A stretch of DNA of 38,313 bases from a virus. Taxonomy: Duplodnaviria > Caudoviricetes. Positions 34,103 through 38,313 of the stretch are shown here, in pieces. A program made the translations under genes and the position numbers. The notes under the pieces were generated by a model, which saw nothing but the letters and a program-made list of their open reading frames with translations, ran no database searches and was not told where the DNA came from. The stretch spans positions 1 to 38,313 of IMG/VR virus record IMGVR_UViG_3300027811_000002; one strand, given 5' to 3'. The first letter of the stretch is position 1; each line of letters starts with the position of its first letter.

Positions 34103-34804
34103 ATGAGGATTCACGCGCTTAAGCTGCCAGCGGCGGAAGGCCCTGCGATATGGTCGGTGGTGGCGGAGAGCCTTGCCTTGAACCACCGCCAACAACTCGC
34201 GATCTGTCCAAGTCGGATTTTGCGGAATCTGAAACGCTTGCGTCATCATCCGTGCCTTCTTCTGCGCCAAGCAAACGGCTGGCGGATCTCGGAGGTCATC
34301 GAGCTGCGGGGCCGGCTGCGGCTGTTCACCTTTCTCTTCCCATTCCGATTCAGGAACCTCCCGCATCGGATTTTCATGGAACGCTTCCACCGCCATCCGT
34401 GCTTTCTTCTGCGCCAGGCAAACGGCTGGCGGGTCTCGGAGGTCATCGAGGGGGGGGGCCGGCTGCGGTTGTTCACCTATGTCTTTCCATTCCGCTTTAG
34501 GAAGCGCCCGCACTCGGACGGGCTGCCCCCTCTCTTCCTATTCCGATTCAGGAACCTCCCGCGCGGGACGGTGCCCTGCCAGGTGACCCCTCCCCACCCG
34601 GACAGGCTGCCCGCGCGGGATCTCCTTCACCAGGGCCTCGGCGCTGCGTCTTCCCCGTTCCCTGCAGCGACCGGCGCCGAGGCCCGCCGAACCTCTAGTG
34701 GGCGACGAATGCAGCCCCAGAGAATGCAGACCCGCCCCGCGAGCCCCCACCGCCAGCCGCTCGACAAGCTCCAGGCGATGACTCGCGGGCGGGCTGCTTT
34801 ATAG
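34103..34804 (+). CDS. Hypothetical Arg/Phe-rich protein with internal 49-aa duplication
   Basis: GGAGG SD; repeat offsets of 147 and 198 bp keep the frame; differences between copies are mostly synonymous or conservative in this frame. Confidence 0.45.
   Translation: MRIHALKLPAAEGPAIWSVVAESLALNHRQQLAICPSRILRNLKRLRHHPCLLLRQANGWRISEVIELRGRLRLFTFLFPFRFRNLPHRIFMERFHRHPCFLLRQANGWRVSEVIEGGGRLRLFTYVFPFRFRKRPHSDGLPPLFLFRFRNLPRGTVPCQVTPPHPDRLPARDLLHQGLGAASSPFPAATGAEARRTSSGRRMQPQRMQTRPASPHRQPLDKLQAMTRGRAAL
34212..34562 (+). repeat. Imperfect direct repeat (147-bp period) plus a third partial copy
   Basis: catccgtgc at 34247 and 34394; tctcttcc.attccgattcaggaacctcccgc at 34333 and 34531. Confidence 0.9.
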
Positions 34805-34814
34805 GAGTGAATGG

Positions 34815-35276
34815 ATGAACGTCATCGACGCCTTTTTCCCGCCCAAGGAAGAGCCCGACTTGCCGGACGACGGGGACGCCGCGGCTCCACGCAGGCATTG
34901 TTGGCTCGTGGCCGTCCTCCTCGACGTTCTCGCGTGGCTGCGAGGCAAGAGCGAGGTCGAGGAGGCCGAGGCCGATGCGGCCGAATCCCTCCACGCGGCG
35001 GAGCCGCCAGAGCCCGCCGCGCCTCCCGGGGCGAGCCATCCGCCCCGGGAGGATCCTTCCGAATGCGGGATGTGTTTCCGGAGCTTGCTGGAGGCCGTCC
35101 AGGCCTGCAATCAATCGAACGCGAATCTGCTCAAGGGATTGCAGGCGTCTGAGGCGTGGGCCGCCCAGCTCGAACGCCAGCTCGTCATCGCTCGGCAGCG
35201 GAGCCGAGTCCAGAGGGTCTACTGCTTCCGCCACGAGAATATCTTCCAGGGGCTCATGCACAACGTGGGGAACTGA
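34815..35276 (+). CDS. Hypothetical protein
   Basis: AGGAG SD; 153 aa with a Pro/Ala/Glu linker and helical C-terminus. Confidence 0.6.
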   Translation: MNVIDAFFPPKEEPDLPDDGDAAAPRRHCWLVAVLLDVLAWLRGKSEVEEAEADAAESLHAAEPPEPAAPPGASHPPREDPSECGMCFRSLLEAVQACNQSNANLLKGLQASEAWAAQLERQLVIARQRSRVQRVYCFRHENIFQGLMHNVGN

Positions 35277-35281
35277 AGCTC

Positions 35282-36238
35282 ATGCACACGTCTCTCAGCT
35301 TCGACATCAGTGCCATCCTCACAAGGGGCCACCATCGCGAGGAGCTTGGGGATCTGGAGGATCTGAAGGCCTCGATGACGGCCCGAGGCCAGCTTCAGCC
35401 GATCATCGTCCGACGGGACCATGAGGGCAATTGGATTCTCGTCGCGGGCCGACGCCGCCTGGAGGCGGCCAAACAACTCGGCTGGAAGTGGATCGAGGGC
35501 ATTAGCGGCTTCGGTGAGCGCGGTTCTGACGTTTTGGGGGGCGCGAATGCCATCCTGGCCATCGAACGGGACGAGAACACCTGCCGCAAGCCCTTCACCG
35601 CCTCGGAGATGGCGGCCCTCGTGGCCGAGATGATGCCCGAGGAGCAGAAGGCCGCGGCAGAGCGTCGAGCCGCTGGCCGCCCAAGGAAAACTGGTGGTAC
35701 AGTACCACCAGTTCCGAGGCCGAAGGGCAAGGCGAGGGACCGCGTGGGCGCGGCGCTCGGCATCTCGGGCACACAAGTCGACCGTCTGCGCAAGCGCGCA
35801 GAAATGCAGGCGGCCGTAGCCGGAGACAACATCCGCTTCGGGGAGGTCGCGGAGCTTCTTGGCCGCAACGAGATCCCCCGTGCTTGGCGTGCCTACAAGA
35901 AGTTGACCTTTGACCCATCGAAGGCGAAAGGCGGCCGCCAGGTCACCATCCAGGAGCCGACCGAGGCACCGATCGGCGGCATCAACGTGGAGGCCAATTC
36001 CTCGCGAGCCACGGCCCTCGGCGAGACCGTCGCGGCGGAGCTGGAGGTCCAGGCATTCGTCAAGAGCTTGGACGCCATCGCCCGGCGATGCGCGAGCCTG
36101 CTCCACAGCGAGAGTGGGCTGGAGACAGATCAGCTCCTGAGGCTTCAGGAGGCCGCGGGCAAGGTCGTCGAAGCACTCGGCGGCCGCGTGACGTTCGACA
36201 CAGGGGAGCCATCGCGAGAGGAAGGAGAAAGGAGATGA
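35282..36238 (+). CDS. Second ParB-like N-terminal domain protein
   Basis: DLEDLKASMTARGQLQPIIV...LVAGRRRLEAAKQLGW...ERDENTCRKPFTASE, then an HTH (RDRVGAALGISGTQVDR). Confidence 0.85.
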   Translation: MHTSLSFDISAILTRGHHREELGDLEDLKASMTARGQLQPIIVRRDHEGNWILVAGRRRLEAAKQLGWKWIEGISGFGERGSDVLGGANAILAIERDENTCRKPFTASEMAALVAEMMPEEQKAAAERRAAGRPRKTGGTVPPVPRPKGKARDRVGAALGISGTQVDRLRKRAEMQAAVAGDNIRFGEVAELLGRNEIPRAWRAYKKLTFDPSKAKGGRQVTIQEPTEAPIGGINVEANSSRATALGETVAAELEVQAFVKSLDAIARRCASLLHSESGLETDQLLRLQEAAGKVVEALGGRVTFDTGEPSREEGERR

Positions 36239-36516
36239 CCATGGCGAAGAGCGGAAAAGCAATTGTGATGGGGTGCAAGGCGCGGGACGCCATCACCGGA
36301 TTCACGGGTGTGGTGGCGGGCATAACCGTGTGGCTCAATGGCTGCGTGCGGTACGCGCTGCAGTCGCAGGAGCTGCACGACGGCAAACCGATCGAGCAGC
36401 AGTGGTTTGACGTGGAGACCCTGGAACTGGTAGACGAAGTGCCGTTCGCGGCAATGCCGCAGGAAAGGAGGGGCGGCCCGCAGGCGGATCCGCGGCGGCC
36501 TCATTCGCGGGCGTAG
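36235..36516 (+). CDS. Conserved small phage hypothetical protein
   Basis: AAGGAG SD; GCKARDAITGFTGVV...WLNGC...WFD; ATGA coupling. Confidence 0.7.
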   Translation: MTMAKSGKAIVMGCKARDAITGFTGVVAGITVWLNGCVRYALQSQELHDGKPIEQQWFDVETLELVDEVPFAAMPQERRGGPQADPRRPHSRA

Positions 36517-36626
36517 GGTGCGCACATGACTGGCCTCGCGGCGCTGGGGCCGGGCAGTTCCCTCCCCTGCCCGCCTCGGCCCGCGAGGCCACGCAGGGGA
36601 GCCATGCCGAGAGGAAGGAGAAACGA

Positions 36627-37202
36627 ATGGCGGCGAGTGAGGCGCGGTTGAAGATCGTCCAAGCGGAGACACTTCAGAAGCTCGATGGCGAGCGGCAGCA
36701 ATCGGTCGAGAAGGAGAGGCAATTGCTCTGCGCCGTACTGGAGATTTACGGCAAGAGGCTCGAGCTCTGCATCCGCGAGCAGCACGTCCTCACGGAGGCC
36801 GTCGAGACCATCGCGGCGAGACTGGCCTTTCTGGAGCCAGGCGAGCGAAAGTCCGCGGTCCCCGACGCTGCGGCCCAGGCGGCGGCTGAGACATCGGGAG
36901 CTCCGCCGGAGGCTCCCGCGGAGATTCCGCCGCCACGGCGGCCAGGCCGGCCACCCGAGGCGAAAGCAGAGAACGAGAAGATGTGGCTATTCCGCGCAAT
37001 CTGCGAAGTCCTCGGATCCGCGGACGGCTCTCCGATGTCACCGATGGCCATTGCCAAGGACTTGCCGCATCAGGGTATCGCGCTCGCGGCCGATAACCTC
37101 AAAAGGCGGCGATTCCTGGAACGCATTCGCATCGTCCTGGAATCGCATCCCGAGAACTTCCAGCACGAACCTGGCGTCGGCTTCAGCCTGACGCGATGCT
37201 GA
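36627..37202 (+). CDS. Hypothetical coiled-coil protein with possible C-terminal winged helix
   Basis: AAGGAG SD; RRPGRPP (AT-hook-like); AICEVL...PMSPMAIAKDL. Confidence 0.65.
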   Translation: MAASEARLKIVQAETLQKLDGERQQSVEKERQLLCAVLEIYGKRLELCIREQHVLTEAVETIAARLAFLEPGERKSAVPDAAAQAAAETSGAPPEAPAEIPPPRRPGRPPEAKAENEKMWLFRAICEVLGSADGSPMSPMAIAKDLPHQGIALAADNLKRRRFLERIRIVLESHPENFQHEPGVGFSLTRC

Positions 37203-37324
37203 GGTCCATGCAATGGCCTGTCTGGCGGCCAGAGAACGGGGCCGTCTGCGCCTCCTTCCCCCCAACTCCCGACGCCCGGCACCCAACACCGTTCTCTCTC
37301 ATTCATCTTCTGGAGGTTTCGCCC

Positions 37325-37981
37325 ATGAGGCAGTATGAGCCGTTCGATGCGCACCGCGAGGAGCTTCAGGTGTGGGCCGTGCGAGTGCGGCCACCCTTCG
37401 GGGGGAACCTGCGGCGCTGGCTCGGCTACCTGGCGGGGCTGGTGATCCGCGGCTTCACGCTCCGCCACGGCGGACGCTACTCCCATCTCCTCCTGCGGCT
37501 CGGCGACGCGATCTGGGAGGCGGCGGGGGACGGCGTCCGCGAGGGGCGGGCGATCGAGTACCGCGACCGAAGCTACAAGGTCGACGTCTTCTACGCGCCG
37601 CTCGCCGACGAGCCGCGCGAGCGCCTGCTGGCCTGGGTGCGGCGGGCCGTGGGGTTGCCCTACGACTGGCCGCAGCTCCTCCGCATCGCGCTCGCCGAGC
37701 TGGCCCGGCCGGAGATCGCCGAGCTCGTGCCCGACCTGGGCGAGGAGGGGCTGATCTGCTCGGAATTCGTCGCCCTCGCCTACCTGCATGCGGGCGTCGA
37801 CCTGACGGGCTCCGCTCCCCTGTGGCGCTGGACGCCCGACGACGTGGCGAGGGCATGGCGCGATGGCCTGCTCGAGAGCCGCGGGCGGCTCAGCTGGCCC
37901 GAGGAAGCGGCGCCTGACCTGGGGGCCATCCGCGCGGCCGTGGCGCGGATCAAAGGGACCTGGTGTCGGCTTCGGCCGTAA
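37325..37981 (+). CDS. Permuted papain-like NlpC/P60 (YiiX/YebB-like) hydrolase
   Basis: His before Cys: YSHLLL...WEA...VGLPYDW...LICSEFVALAY...TPDD; GGAGG SD before ATG37325. Confidence 0.82.
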   Translation: MRQYEPFDAHREELQVWAVRVRPPFGGNLRRWLGYLAGLVIRGFTLRHGGRYSHLLLRLGDAIWEAAGDGVREGRAIEYRDRSYKVDVFYAPLADEPRERLLAWVRRAVGLPYDWPQLLRIALAELARPEIAELVPDLGEEGLICSEFVALAYLHAGVDLTGSAPLWRWTPDDVARAWRDGLLESRGRLSWPEEAAPDLGAIRAAVARIKGTWCRLRP

Positions 37982-38286
37982 GTAAGGAGGTCCACGCAAT
38001 CGCCTGTCTGGCGGACAGAGAATGGGCCGTGGCAAACGCCATCAAGGCACTAAAACAACTGCCCCTCATGCGTGATGCCTTCCACAGTTCGGAGGAGCAG
38101 TTGCGATTGCATCTGCTAGATCAGATAGTGGCTTCTCTCGCGACGCTCGGGCTCGCGAGCTTCTGCCCGCTCTGCGGCGTGGACTTGGTGAAACATTCGC
38201 GTGTCGATTGTGCGGCGGCGGTCGCTCGCGCCATTCAGATCGCTGAAAGAAGGAGTGAAAAAGGTGAACAGAGAGATGAAGTTTGA
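37963..38286 (+). CDS. Hypothetical protein with CPLC...H..C motif
   Basis: Open frame running into the terminal overlap. AAGGAGG at 37984-37990 suggests a start near 37999. Confidence 0.55.
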   Translation: MSASAVSKEVHAIACLADREWAVANAIKALKQLPLMRDAFHSSEEQLRLHLLDQIVASLATLGLASFCPLCGVDLVKHSRVDCAAAVARAIQIAERRSEKGEQRDEV

Positions 38287-38313
38287 GATGCGGGAGCTGC
38301 CGGTTGCAGACTT
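38187..38313 (+). repeat. Terminal direct repeat, right copy
   Basis: Identical to 1-127. Confidence 0.97.

Larger units (their letters stand above)
1..38313. mobile_element. Complete temperate siphovirus-like phage genome, circular form (~38,186 bp unique)
   Basis: Exact 127-bp terminal overlap. Integrase with an intact attP, terminase, portal, capsid, tail tube and tape measure; no sheath gene and no host housekeeping genes. Confidence 0.93.

Noticed and set aside
34250-34310. LLLRQANGWRISEVIEL as a tyrosine recombinase box I remnant
   Set aside because: Superficial resemblance only; no HxxR, LGH or catalytic Tyr motifs follow.
34212-34562. Diversity-generating retroelement template/variable repeat pair
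   Set aside because: No reverse transcriptase in the genome, and mismatches between copies are not adenine-specific on either strand.

Overview
The window looks like a complete, circularly assembled, GC-rich temperate siphophage genome of about 38.2 kb. Bases 1-127 are repeated exactly at 38187-38313. It has a ParB-like/C5-methylase/replication-initiator early region with palindromic iterons, xis, a tyrosine integrase, and an attP made from the 3' half of tRNA-Cys(GCA). A lambda-like cosQ motif, a GpA-type terminase, lambda-type portal/head genes, a non-contractile tail module, a 12-repeat virion protein, a leftward accessory operon and a divergent repressor/cro-like switch follow. The standout feature is a tightly coupled 8-gene enzyme cassette of about 6.9 kb between terminase and portal: 3 glycosyltransferase-like, 2 radical SAM and 3 SAM-methyltransferase genes, one fused to a ParB/Srx-like domain. 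It is a candidate virion-glycan or packaging-coupled DNA modification system. All calls come from motif recognition and gene order; no database search was run. The terminase and tail proteins resemble, from memory, Planctomycetota-type prophages (unverified).
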